From: Gallionellaceae bacterium
GTDB lineage: Bacteria; Pseudomonadota; Gammaproteobacteria; Burkholderiales; Gallionellaceae
Direction of reading: 5' to 3'
Assembly: GCA_009773615.1 (NCBI GenBank)
Contig: WSYA01000001.1
Span: 26,536-90,535, forward strand
Length of the DNA: 64,000 nucleotides
The notes below the pieces were generated by a model. The model saw nothing but the letters and a program-made list of their open reading frames with translations, was not told the DNA's origin and made no database searches. The translations under genes and the position numbers were made by a program. Shown here one piece after another: positions 52,854 through 62,174 of this stretch. Numbering within the stretch: position 1 is the first letter of the stretch; every line of letters starts with the position of its first letter.

Positions 52854-53572
52854 AGCCGCAACTTCCATTACTCGAAGTGAATGACCTTAAAGTTTCCTAC
52901 GGCGGCATTCATGCGCTGAAGGGAATCGACTTGCACATCGCGCCCGGCGAGCTGGTTGCGCTCATCGGCAGCAACGGTGCGGGCAAGACCACCACGCTCA
53001 AAGCGCTGGCAGGTCTGTTGCACTGTACTGCCGGAAAAATGCACTACGACGGTAGCCCGTTGCATCACGTTCCCTCGCATCAGCGCGTGAGTGCGGGCTT
53101 GGCGCTGGTGCCGGAGGGGCGCGGAATTTTCGCGCGTCTCAGCGTGGCGGAAAATCTGCAAATGGGCGCTTACACGCGCAGTGATGACGGGCAGATCAGC
53201 GCCGATCTCGAACGCATGTACGCGTTGTTTCCGCGCCTGGCCGAACGCCGTGCGCAACTCGCGGGCACGCTGTCCGGCGGTGAGCAGCAGATGGTCGCCA
53301 TCGCGCGCGCGCTGATGAGTCACCCGCAATTGTTGATGTTGGATGAACCCAGTATGGGACTTGCGCCGATGATGGTGGCGAAGATATTTGAAACGATCCG
53401 CGAGGTTTCCGCGCAGGGCGTTTCTATTCTGCTCGTCGAGCAAAACGCCAAGCTTGCACTCGAAGCCGCGCAGCGCGGCTACGTGCTGGAGAGCGGTGCG
53501 ATCACGTTGTCGGGTGAGGCGAGCGAATTGCTCGGCAGCGATGCGGTGCAGCGTGCTTATCTCGGCGCTTGA
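52850..53572 (+). CDS. livF: Branched-chain amino acid ABC ATP-binding protein LivF
   Basis: The ATG at 52850 overlaps the livG stop (ATGA). GSNGAGKTT and LSGGEQQMVAIARAL motifs. Confidence 0.92.
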   Translation: MKPQLPLLEVNDLKVSYGGIHALKGIDLHIAPGELVALIGSNGAGKTTTLKALAGLLHCTAGKMHYDGSPLHHVPSHQRVSAGLALVPEGRGIFARLSVAENLQMGAYTRSDDGQISADLERMYALFPRLAERRAQLAGTLSGGEQQMVAIARALMSHPQLLMLDEPSMGLAPMMVAKIFETIREVSAQGVSILLVEQNAKLALEAAQRGYVLESGAITLSGEASELLGSDAVQRAYLGA

Positions 53573-53573
53573 T

Positions 53574-54194
53574 TCAGCGCGGCGGAAAAAGTCGTTTAGC
53601 TGCCATTGAGGCGCCGCGTTTGATCAGCACCGCAAGCGCGTAGACAGATACCCAAGGGTCGAGCAAATAGTCCCACAGGTTGTTCGATTCATACCAGCCG
53701 ACACTCCATGCCAGCACGGCCAACGACAGACCCAGCGCAATCAGCGTGTACTGCCGAATCCATGTGGCCGACGCCATGAATAACAGCCCCGCGATAAACC
53801 ACAGATTGCCGAAACCCAGACGGTACGGGTCGAACATGCCGATGCCCAGCGCCATCGGATAGAGTGCAACGGCCGCGCAGGCGAGCAAGAGCAGGGTTAA
53901 ATTAAATTCGGATAAAATTTTGGCGCGGGATGGCGCTTGTCCGTTTGTGCGGGGAAGCACAAGGGGCGGCAGCAATAGCGCCAGCGTTGCTATGCTCAAG
54001 TCTCCCGTGATGCCGCGCACATATTCCGCCCCGGACATTCCTCCGAACGGAATCGCCAGTGCAACGAGAATCGCACTGGCCAGCCATGCTTGCAGCCCAG
54101 ACTGCAAACGCGCCGCGACGGGCAAGCGCAACACGAGTGCCGTGACGGCGAGCGCGATGCCGGCCAGTCCGGTGATGTCAGTGAGGGGCATCAT
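53574..54194 (-). CDS. Polytopic membrane protein, hypothetical (last gene of the glycosylation operon)
   Basis: 206 aa with 5-6 hydrophobic helices. Its start overlaps the stop of the upstream BNR gene by 17 nt. No family recognised. Confidence 0.6.
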   Translation of the reverse strand: MMPLTDITGLAGIALAVTALVLRLPVAARLQSGLQAWLASAILVALAIPFGGMSGAEYVRGITGDLSIATLALLLPPLVLPRTNGQAPSRAKILSEFNLTLLLLACAAVALYPMALGIGMFDPYRLGFGNLWFIAGLLFMASATWIRQYTLIALGLSLAVLAWSVGWYESNNLWDYLLDPWVSVYALAVLIKRGASMAAKRLFPPR

Positions 54195-55500
54195 TTGCAG
54201 ACTCTTTCAGGCGCTGATCCAACCAGGCTTGGTTGAACCATAGGTGTTTGATGAATGTCCGGTTCCATGTGTAAACGAGATGGAAATCGCCGCGCTGCAT
54301 TTGGATCAAATAGGGATAGGAGAATTCGTAACGGCATCTTCCTTCTTTGCACACAGTGCGCTTGGTCGATTCGACATAGTCTGCAAGATGCTCTGCTGTC
54401 GCCGCGTCGCTTTGTTGAATGAGTGTTTGCGCATTGCCGAGATAGCGCGCCTCGTCTGCCTGTGCGCTGGCGGCTTGCTGGTCTTCCAGTTGTTGCAGCA
54501 TGCGCCATGTGCTGCCGCCATCCGTTGAAAGCATGAGGGACAGCGTATCGCGTCCCTGTTCCTGATCGTTCAGCACCGCCAGCATGCGTTCGTCCGGCAG
54601 GGTGACTCCTGTCACGGCGGCATCGGGATTGCGCAAGGCCGACTTCGTCGGTGGCGACCAGTGCTGTCCCGCATCCTGCGTTGAAACGGTGACGACGCGA
54701 TGCGGTGCCGCCGCGCCGGAATAGCGCATCAGCACCTGTGCGGCTTGTGCGTTCTGTATCAGCACAACGGGTTGCAGGGTGCCTTGTCCTCCTGCGGCCC
54801 AACGCTGCTTGTCCAGCACGATGCCGTCTTGGTTTACCCGCAACAGCTCGGCGAATTTGCTGATGAACTCGTGATACACCGGCAAGCCTATCGTGCCGTC
54901 GCTGTAAAGAAACGGCGCGCCTTTAACCAAGGTGCTGATGTTGATGAAGGGGGAGGTGATCATGCGTCGCGCTTCGCTCCAGGTTGCGCCCTCGTCGCGG
55001 GAGGTCAGCGTGGTGATCGAGCTTCCCGCCCATCCGCCCAGCGATACGGTGACGTAGAACATGCGCAATGTGCCATCCGCCATGCGCCCCACGACGGGGT
55101 TGCCGAGTTTGGCGACGTAGCGATGCAGCGCTTGCTGAATCTGTTCCCGCGACACCACGATATTTTCGCCACCCCACTGCGATGTTGCCGGGTCGAACAC
55201 GGCGCTGTGGATGGCAACATCTTTTGCGCCTTCGCGGCTGCCCGAAAACCAGAAGGCGCGAATGCCTCCGTCTTTCAGTTCGATGCCGGATGCGGCATGT
55301 ACCTGGGCAAACAATTTGGATGATGCGAAATGGGTTTCAAAACGCGGGGCGGATTGATTCGACACCACGGATGCCGGGGGCAGAAACTTTGCAGAGGCGG
55401 GTGAATGCGACGTTTTGTAAAAAGCACTGCCGAACGCAATGAGGATCAAGCCCGGAATGATGAGCCGGTGCAGGGTTTGTTTGCCCGGCATCAGCGACAC
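54178..55500 (-). CDS. BNR/Asp-box repeat (sialidase-fold) protein with an N-terminal anchor
   Basis: 440 aa. Three Asp-boxes: SRDEGATWS, STQDAGQHWS and STDGGSTWR. Confidence 0.8.
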   Translation of the reverse strand: MSLMPGKQTLHRLIIPGLILIAFGSAFYKTSHSPASAKFLPPASVVSNQSAPRFETHFASSKLFAQVHAASGIELKDGGIRAFWFSGSREGAKDVAIHSAVFDPATSQWGGENIVVSREQIQQALHRYVAKLGNPVVGRMADGTLRMFYVTVSLGGWAGSSITTLTSRDEGATWSEARRMITSPFINISTLVKGAPFLYSDGTIGLPVYHEFISKFAELLRVNQDGIVLDKQRWAAGGQGTLQPVVLIQNAQAAQVLMRYSGAAAPHRVVTVSTQDAGQHWSPPTKSALRNPDAAVTGVTLPDERMLAVLNDQEQGRDTLSLMLSTDGGSTWRMLQQLEDQQAASAQADEARYLGNAQTLIQQSDAATAEHLADYVESTKRTVCKEGRCRYEFSYPYLIQMQRGDFHLVYTWNRTFIKHLWFNQAWLDQRLKESANDAPH

Positions 55501-57221
55501 CCTTCTGCGAGCGGCAGCGCGGGCGTAGCCTGCGGTGCTTCGATCAACAGCTCTTTGGTAAACAGCTGCTGGAATACCTCGCCGTGCAATATTTGCTTGA
55601 TCTGTTCCGGGCTATGCCGGCTGCGTATCTCCAAGCGTTGGCCGATGATTTTGCAGCCCTCGCACTTTTCCTGTAACGGCATTTGCACTGCGAACAGCGC
55701 ATATTTGGCAGACAGCTCGGCGACGCTTTGCGCGGGCTCTGAAAAATATCCATGCACTTGTGCGCCCGGAAGCAGGAAGCGATAGCCCTCATCCACCGCC
55801 CTGAAGTTGCACGGTGTCCATACCTCTTTGCCTTGGGCATAGCGCTGTGCGTCCGCGCTGAAGTTTCCCTGTGCACCGTCGAGCGGACGCAGAAATGCGG
55901 CCAGCATGAGCAACACCAGCAGCGCTACCACGTTGACCAACATTCGGGTGTGGCGGCTCCAGAATATCGCCAGCAGCGTGAGCACGCCGGTAACCGACAG
56001 CAGCAGCCAATACCCCGGGCTATACAAATCAGCGCCGGGCATTTCGTGCTGCAAACGCCACGATAGGAACGCGATCAGCGCCAACACGCTGCCTGCAAAC
56101 AATAAGCTCGCTACAAAGGCCAGTCGGCTGATGCGCTGCCAGTTGAGTGCGCACAGCACAGCCAGCCCCGGCATCGCCTCCAGCAGATAGCGCGCCGTGC
56201 GCTGGCTGGGGATGCTGAACACGATGAATAAAACAGCCATCCATATCCACAACATTTTTTCTGCATCGCTCAGCACTGCACGGCGCCGGTAGGTGCTCCA
56301 AAAAACCGCTATAACGGGGAACGCCAGCAAGCCGGCATTCATCGGATAGCCGACTAGCAGCGCCCATATGCTGCTGCCGCCCCACAAAAAATTGCCGAGA
56401 TAACTGCCGCTGCGCGGATCGAATTTGCCCGCGTTTTCCCCCACGACGAATTCGCGCCATACCGCCCCCGGGTCGGGGTCGAACACAAACCACAGGCTGA
56501 ATAAAGCCAGAGACACCGCAACGGTAATGGCGATTTTCCATGAGTCTTTGCGCAGGAATGCGCTCAACCGATAATCGCGTTGGTGCAAATACCACCAGGA
56601 CAGCGCGAACGCCACCGGCGCGACCAGGGCGAAAGATTTATACAGCAGGCCGATACCTACCTCGACGCCCAGCAGCAGCGGCACGATCAAGCGCGAATCG
56701 AATGCGCTGGAGCGCCAATACAGTAGCGTGAAGAATGGCAGGAAGAACCAGAACACTTCGGCGGGATTGACCAGAAAAGGCCGACCGAAACGGTAGGTGC
56801 TGAAGAAGGCCAGAAAAGTCAGCGCCGCGATGAAGCCGGTTTCCAGTGCATCGTCCGGTGCGCCGCCCTGATTTCGAACCAGCCGTTGTGCCAATAAAAA
56901 AACCAGCAGCGCGGTCAGCAGCGTGTAGATCACGCTCGGGTAACGCAGATTGAACCAGGTCCATTCCTGCCCCCAGTGCGTGGAGGCGATGCCTTGCCAG
57001 AACAGCAGCGGCGGCTTGGTGTTGCGCATGTCGTGCAGTTGCGATTGCAGCGGCAGCAGATGCCCGCTGTCGGCGGTCAGACGCGTGATGTGCGCGTAGG
57101 GGAACTCGTCGCCGTTCTTGGGGATGTGCGGACTATCCAGTCCGTAGAAATACGTAAATGCCGCCAGCAGAATTGCCAGCACGTAAAAAACAAAACGCGA
57201 GATGGTTACATTAGGGAGCAT
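55491..57221 (-). CDS. ArnT/PMT-like (GT39/GT83-type) membrane glycosyltransferase
   Basis: 576 aa with more than 10 TM segments. The N-terminal loop GDEFPYAHI resembles the DE-motif of lipid-linked-sugar-dependent glycosyltransferases. Confidence 0.75.
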   Translation of the reverse strand: MLPNVTISRFVFYVLAILLAAFTYFYGLDSPHIPKNGDEFPYAHITRLTADSGHLLPLQSQLHDMRNTKPPLLFWQGIASTHWGQEWTWFNLRYPSVIYTLLTALLVFLLAQRLVRNQGGAPDDALETGFIAALTFLAFFSTYRFGRPFLVNPAEVFWFFLPFFTLLYWRSSAFDSRLIVPLLLGVEVGIGLLYKSFALVAPVAFALSWWYLHQRDYRLSAFLRKDSWKIAITVAVSLALFSLWFVFDPDPGAVWREFVVGENAGKFDPRSGSYLGNFLWGGSSIWALLVGYPMNAGLLAFPVIAVFWSTYRRRAVLSDAEKMLWIWMAVLFIVFSIPSQRTARYLLEAMPGLAVLCALNWQRISRLAFVASLLFAGSVLALIAFLSWRLQHEMPGADLYSPGYWLLLSVTGVLTLLAIFWSRHTRMLVNVVALLVLLMLAAFLRPLDGAQGNFSADAQRYAQGKEVWTPCNFRAVDEGYRFLLPGAQVHGYFSEPAQSVAELSAKYALFAVQMPLQEKCEGCKIIGQRLEIRSRHSPEQIKQILHGEVFQQLFTKELLIEAPQATPALPLAEGCR

Positions 57222-57720
57222 CGTCGCCGGGTTTCGCGTGCGTCTGAGATGAGGGCAATAGTTTCAACCGGCCGAATGTCCAGATGTCGTTCAACACGAA
57301 ATTCAGCACGCTGGTCAAAACGATAGCAATCAGGTTGGCATACTGATAATAGACATGGGGCGCAAGCAAATTGGTGAACACGAGCTGCAATGCAATGCTC
57401 AGCCAGCATGCCAGCGTGTATTGCCCGAACTGCGACAACCAGGGGCGATGGTGATGCTCCGTGCGATCAGACCAAGTCCACAGACGGTTCCAGAAAAAGT
57501 TGTTCAGCGTAGCCAGAAAAATCGCCAACACCAGCGACAGATTGAGCTTGAGTTCCGTCTGTTGCACCGTGTTGAAAATATGTTCTTGCGCGAAATACAG
57601 CACGCCGATGTTGACCACCGTGCCGGATGCGCCGACCGTGCCGAATTTTAAAAAGCGCCGCGACAAAATGCGGCGCAGCAGCGAGGAGAATTTCATGCGG
57701 AGACCGAAACCGGTTTTCAT
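57211..57720 (-). CDS. GtrA-family membrane protein
   Basis: RFLKFGTVGASGTVVNIGVLYF is the GtrA N-terminal signature. The ATG at 57720 overlaps the upstream stop (ATGA); the ATG at 57696 is an alternative. Confidence 0.75.
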   Translation of the reverse strand: MKTGFGLRMKFSSLLRRILSRRFLKFGTVGASGTVVNIGVLYFAQEHIFNTVQQTELKLNLSLVLAIFLATLNNFFWNRLWTWSDRTEHHHRPWLSQFGQYTLACWLSIALQLVFTNLLAPHVYYQYANLIAIVLTSVLNFVLNDIWTFGRLKLLPSSQTHAKPGDDAP

Positions 57721-58949
57721 GCGGAGTGTTCCGCGTTCAGCAATTCGCGTGCTTTGCCCAGCACTTGCTCCGGCGTGATCTGTTTCAGGCATTGGTTGTC
57801 GCCGTCGCATGGCGACTTGCGGTGATTGTAGGCCGTGAGGCACGGCGAACAGGACAGCGACGTATACAGACAATGGATGTTGGGCGCCAGCGGGCTATAC
57901 AGTGCGGGCGTTTCCGGCCCGAAGAATACCAGCGTGGGCAAGCGCGTCAACGCGGAGAATTGTCCCGGCCCGCCGTCGTTGGTAATCAGCAGACTCGCGT
58001 GATTGAAGATCGCCAGCAGGTGACGCACCGATTTGGTGTAGCCGGTAAGGTCGATGCAGTGCGCATGCGCGCAATGATTCACAATTTCCTGCGCCAGCGG
58101 CTTGGCGTCCGGCAGGCCGATCAGGGCGACGGCATAGCCGTCTTGCAGCAGTGCCGCGCACAACTGTTTGTAGTATGCGGGAGGCCATGCGCGGATCGGC
58201 AAGATGCCGCCGTCGGGGTAGGCCAGCACCAGCTTTTTGCCTGCCAGCACGGGAAAGTCCGCATGCAGCTTGTCGCCGACTTGTTGCAGCTCGCCTTCGG
58301 CAAACTGCAACAGCGGCGGTGCGGATAGTTCGGCTGCCGCCGCTTTGGCGATAGGCGTGCCGCTGGATTCGATGGCCGCGACCATGGTCAGGAATTGCTG
58401 CGACAAGTGGCGGTAGGGGTTGTACATCACCGGACGCGTGATGAAGGAGCCGCGATACAACCCCTCCTGTGTATGCGGGTGAAAACCCACGCGAATCGGC
58501 GCGGCGGAAAGATAGGCGAAGATGCTGCTCACGCGCGAGAACAATTCGCAGTCGATCACCGCATCGAATTTGAGTGCGCGCATGGTGCTCAGCGCGCTTA
58601 GCATGTCCGACACCAGTCCGCCCAGCGATTTGTCGCTGATCGTGATCACATGCTCACGCGGCATCACGCCGAGCAGATCAAGCACTTCGCGGTTTTTGGC
58701 GAACATCAGAATATGCAACTCTGCATCGGGATATTGCTGTTTGAGTTTGGCGAACATCGGTTGCGCCAACACTAGGCTGCCCATCTCCGATAGCAGGATG
58801 ATGAGTATGCGTTTGGGTGGGGTGGCAAGGACGGGAGAGCCGAACAAGAAATTGCGGAAGCGTTCGGTCAGGGAGAGCAGTGCGCAAATCGGCACACCCG
58901 CAATACGATCAACCGCACGTTGGAAATCAATGTTCAATGCTTCGTCCAA
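57717..58949 (-). CDS. Glycosyltransferase family 9 (heptosyltransferase-like)
   Basis: 410 aa. The ILIILLSEMGSLVLAQPMF N-terminus and LITNDGGPGQFSA motif are typical of GT9. Confidence 0.78.
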   Translation of the reverse strand: MDEALNIDFQRAVDRIAGVPICALLSLTERFRNFLFGSPVLATPPKRILIILLSEMGSLVLAQPMFAKLKQQYPDAELHILMFAKNREVLDLLGVMPREHVITISDKSLGGLVSDMLSALSTMRALKFDAVIDCELFSRVSSIFAYLSAAPIRVGFHPHTQEGLYRGSFITRPVMYNPYRHLSQQFLTMVAAIESSGTPIAKAAAAELSAPPLLQFAEGELQQVGDKLHADFPVLAGKKLVLAYPDGGILPIRAWPPAYYKQLCAALLQDGYAVALIGLPDAKPLAQEIVNHCAHAHCIDLTGYTKSVRHLLAIFNHASLLITNDGGPGQFSALTRLPTLVFFGPETPALYSPLAPNIHCLYTSLSCSPCLTAYNHRKSPCDGDNQCLKQITPEQVLGKARELLNAEHSA

Positions 58950-59074
58950 TCACTAAGATAACTTGGGCACGTTGCCCGGCATCCAAGCCCGTAATATGGG
59001 GTGCCTAGAGCTGCGGCATTATCGGTTAAAGCGCGGGAATCAACAAGCACAGAGGGAGGACGGATGAGCCGGTA

Positions 59075-59971
59075 TCAGCCTCTGGGGTGATGTTTCGCAT
59101 GCAGCGCTTTGAGTCTTTCGCGCGCCACATGGGTGTAGATTTGCGTCGTGGAAATATCCGAATGCCCCAATAGCATCTGTACCACGCGCAGATCCGCACC
59201 GTGGTTGAGCAAATGCGTGGCAAACGCGTGGCGCAGCGTGTGCGGAGACATCGGTTTGATCAGCCCGCCTTGTTTCGCGTGCCTCTTGATGAGATACCAG
59301 AACATCTGTCGCGTCATACCCGCGCCGCGCTGGGTGACGAACATCGCGTCGCTCAGTTGGCCGGACAGCAGCAGCGGACGCATCTCGCGCAAATAGCGCT
59401 GCAACCAATCCTGCGCTTCTTCCCCCAGTGGTACCAGACGTTCTTTGCTGCCTTTGCCCATCACGCGCACCACACCCATGTCAAGACTCACCTGCGCCAC
59501 GCTCAAGCCCACCAATTCGGACACGCGCAGGCCGGTGGCATACAGCACCTCGAACATGGTGCGGTCGCGCATTCCCAGCGGCGTGGCCACATCCGGCGCG
59601 TTCAGTAGCAATTCGACATCCTCTTCGGTGAGGCTCTTGGGTAGGCTGCGCGGCAATTTTGGCGTGGCGATCTGCAATGCGGGATCGACGCTGATTTTGT
59701 TCTGCCGCAGCAGGTAGCGGAACAAACGCTTGAGGCTGGAAATGGCGCGGCTGGTGCTGGTGGCTTTGGCTTTTTGCTGCGTAAACAGATGTGCGAGAAA
59801 GCCCTGCAAATCGGCGTGCGTAGTTTCCAGCAGCGTGATGCCGCGCTGCATCTGTAGCCAGTCGGCGAATTTCTGCAAATCGCGCCGGTAGCTTTCCAGC
59901 GTGTTGCGTGACAGTCCGTCCTCCAGCCACAGCGCATCGCAGAATTCGTCGAGCAGATCGGTGTCGTTCAT
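59075..59971 (-). CDS. xerD: Tyrosine recombinase XerD
   Basis: 298 aa. ATGLRVSELVGL, HTLRHAFATHLL, LGHSDISTTQIYTHV. Confidence 0.9.
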   Translation of the reverse strand: MNDTDLLDEFCDALWLEDGLSRNTLESYRRDLQKFADWLQMQRGITLLETTHADLQGFLAHLFTQQKAKATSTSRAISSLKRLFRYLLRQNKISVDPALQIATPKLPRSLPKSLTEEDVELLLNAPDVATPLGMRDRTMFEVLYATGLRVSELVGLSVAQVSLDMGVVRVMGKGSKERLVPLGEEAQDWLQRYLREMRPLLLSGQLSDAMFVTQRGAGMTRQMFWYLIKRHAKQGGLIKPMSPHTLRHAFATHLLNHGADLRVVQMLLGHSDISTTQIYTHVARERLKALHAKHHPRG

Positions 59972-60498
59972 CTATTAACCGTTCGTGGTGAGCCTGTCGA
60001 ACCACAGTTTTTAACGGGTGCCGAACGTTCGCCTTCATGTCCCAATAACCATCGCTTAATGTCCAGCGCTCCATCATCTGCACGATGCATAAATCCGCCC
60101 AAGCCCGCCTTGCTCACCACGCGGTGGCAGGGAATCACAACCGGAATCGGATTGCTGCCGCAAGCCTGCCCCACTGCGCGCGGGCTGGATTGCAACAACG
60201 CAGCAAGCTCGCCATAAGTCCGCACTTGCCCGCACGGAATATTACGAATGGCTTGCCACACTTTGCGCTGATGTTCCGTCCCTTCTAGTTTCAGCGGCAA
60301 GTCGAATTGAAAATCGGCGTCGGCGAAATACGCCGTTAACTGCGCGCAAACTTCGCGTGAAAATGCATCGCGAGGCGGCAACGCTGCACTGTCCGGCGCA
60401 AGAAAAGTGATGCCTATTAGCGTGTCATCCGCGCAATGGACACCCAGCACACCAAAGGGGGTACGTAGTTGAGATTGATAAGGGGGAGGAGGTTTCAT
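59968..60498 (-). CDS. ogt: Methylated-DNA--protein-cysteine methyltransferase
   Basis: 176 aa. Active-site IPCHRVV. Confidence 0.88.
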   Translation of the reverse strand: MKPPPPYQSQLRTPFGVLGVHCADDTLIGITFLAPDSAALPPRDAFSREVCAQLTAYFADADFQFDLPLKLEGTEHQRKVWQAIRNIPCGQVRTYGELAALLQSSPRAVGQACGSNPIPVVIPCHRVVSKAGLGGFMHRADDGALDIKRWLLGHEGERSAPVKNCGSTGSPRTVNR

Positions 60499-60582
60499 TT
60501 TAACGGCAGTACAAGACGCTAATTACAAAGTGACATGAAAATTTCAGCGTCCTCTGCATCGCCGGGTTAGACCCGGCGGCAG

Positions 60583-61185
60583 CTATGCGTATGACTTCTT
60601 TACCCATTCGCATAGCCATATGCCCCCCGAGCTCTTACGCTTAATGCACCGAAGTTTTTCTAGGTCATCAATGATCGAGATATATGCCTGTTGATCGAGA
60701 GTGGGCCAGCCATTTAGTTGGAACAAGACCTCACTTTTCTCAATAGCATCGGTTTCTAACAGCATGTTGTCTTTGTCTCTCCCGTGCCACATTGCATACA
60801 AGACCGTCGCATGTTCTCTTGATAGCTCGATAGATGAGTGAGCCCAAATCTTGTTCCAAATGCTTAGTGCTGCCAGCGGGATCAGTCTCGGTTCTGCTAC
60901 TGTGCCAGCCACGGTTAGGCTCATATCTCCAAACTCACCGACAAACTTTCGCCAGTTCAACCAAAGATTTCCCAGCTTTCGGGAATTTCCTCCTCCCGCC
61001 CCTTGCGAGTTGATTGTGATGAGCTCCCTGAACACTGGCGCATCACGCGGTGGTGTCAATGCGCAGAAAGAGTCCACCAAGCGCTCAGCTAACTTGGCAT
61101 CACGGGGATCAAGAACCGAGGCGGCAATTTGAATTAGTTCCGTGCGTTTTGCAAGCAGGCCTTCGTTGTCGTCTTCATATTCCAT
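60583..61185 (-). CDS. Hypothetical protein, 200 aa, in a low-GC islet
   Basis: Intact ORF, visibly lower in GC than its neighbours. No motif recognised. The C-terminus (YISIIDDLEKLRCIKRKSSGGIWLCEWV) could be a winged-helix-like fold. Confidence 0.6.
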   Translation of the reverse strand: MEYEDDNEGLLAKRTELIQIAASVLDPRDAKLAERLVDSFCALTPPRDAPVFRELITINSQGAGGGNSRKLGNLWLNWRKFVGEFGDMSLTVAGTVAEPRLIPLAALSIWNKIWAHSSIELSREHATVLYAMWHGRDKDNMLLETDAIEKSEVLFQLNGWPTLDQQAYISIIDDLEKLRCIKRKSSGGIWLCEWVKKSYA

Positions 61186-61345
61186 ATCGTTCCATTTCGT
61201 GCTGAAAGGGTCTACGTTAATTAGACGGACACGCTGGTCTGTACTATTAAAAGTAGCGTGGCATGCAGATTTACAATAAATAATTGATTCATTTTCACCA
61301 AAAGCTCCCGTGTAAGGTCAGGCTTGGTTTACTTAATTCACTCAC

Positions 61346-61768
61346 TCAAGCAAGCGCGATATGCAAATGTCGTCCCAGCGCTTCAACTGCTTCGGCAATA
61401 CGAGGGAGCTTTGTGCCGTGCCCAGCATCCAGCATTCTGCGGACTTCTTTTTCATCAATGCCTAGCTTGCGGGCAAGCTCTACCTTGGAGATGCCTGCTT
61501 CGCGCATTGCATCATAAAGCGCGCCCTTTGCTGCCGTGGCGGCAGGCGGAGAAATTATGACCTCCCCTCGGCGCTGCTTGCTGGCGATAGGCAATGGTTC
61601 GTTATCGCGGATACGTGACTCAAGCGCGGCTTGCAAGCAGCCTTCCGCAATTTCAATCCGATCTTCTCCTGCCTCGGCCTGAGAAATCGCTTCGGCAAGG
61701 TCGCGGCAAGTAATCACCCATCCGTCGCCTTCTTTGGTAAAGCGAAATGCGTAGTCGTAAGTTTTCAT
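61346..61768 (-). CDS. hicB: HicB-family antitoxin with a C-terminal HTH
   Basis: 140 aa. The N-terminal YAFRFTKEGDGWVITCRDL matches the HicB fold. The C-terminal ISKVELARKLGIDEKEVRRMLD is an HTH. Confidence 0.8.
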   Translation of the reverse strand: MKTYDYAFRFTKEGDGWVITCRDLAEAISQAEAGEDRIEIAEGCLQAALESRIRDNEPLPIASKQRRGEVIISPPAATAAKGALYDAMREAGISKVELARKLGIDEKEVRRMLDAGHGTKLPRIAEAVEALGRHLHIALA

Positions 61769-61777
61769 GATGCCTCT

Positions 61778-61996
61778 CTATTTGTGCAGGTCATTTTCTT
61801 TGATGCCCAGTTGTTTGAGCATGGCGTGAAAGGTTCCCGTTTTTAACTCGTCTTTCAAATTGCACACGATGGTTTTCTGGCCGTTTACGTAAAGTGCACC
61901 GTGACTACCCTTGCCTTCATCGGGACGCCACTCGTAAGCCCAGCCCTTGCGCTCGGCAAGTGCTTTGAGCTTCTTTATAAATTAGTTGCCTTTCAT
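61778..61996 (-). pseudogene. hicA: hicA toxin gene with an in-frame TAA at codon 5
   Basis: My minus-strand translation reads MKGN*FIKKLKALAERKGWAYEWRPDEGKGSHGALYVNGQKTIVCNLKDELKTGTFHAMLKQLGIKENDLHK*. The stop is at 61982-61984. The reading frame is continuous with the ATG at 61996, and its stop lies 9 nt before the hicB ATG. Confidence 0.7.
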
Positions 61997-62057
61997 GGTG
62001 TACATCGTCGGTCATATTTGTCCGCATGTCAATCGTCATTGCTGGCCGGATGTGGAA

Positions 62058-62099
62058 CGTGCCTTGCACGCGATAGAGCCCGTTCGCGTGCAAGGCACG
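62058..62099. repeat. Perfect 16-bp-stem hairpin between the rplS terminator and hicA
   Basis: CGTGCCTTGCACGCGA - 10-nt loop - TCGCGTGCAAGGCACG. Confidence 0.8.
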
Positions 62100-62128
62100 C
62101 TTCTACAACACCTCGAACAGGAAATGAC

Positions 62129-62153
62129 AAAGGGGAGCCGAAGCTCCCCTTTG
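62129..62153 (-). terminator. Intrinsic terminator of the rpsP-rimM-trmD-rplS operon (bidirectional shape)
   Basis: AAAGGGGAGC-CGAA-GCTCCCCTTTG, located 22 nt after the rplS stop. Confidence 0.8.
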
Positions 62154-62174
62154 TTTAACCACGCGCTTGCAGAC

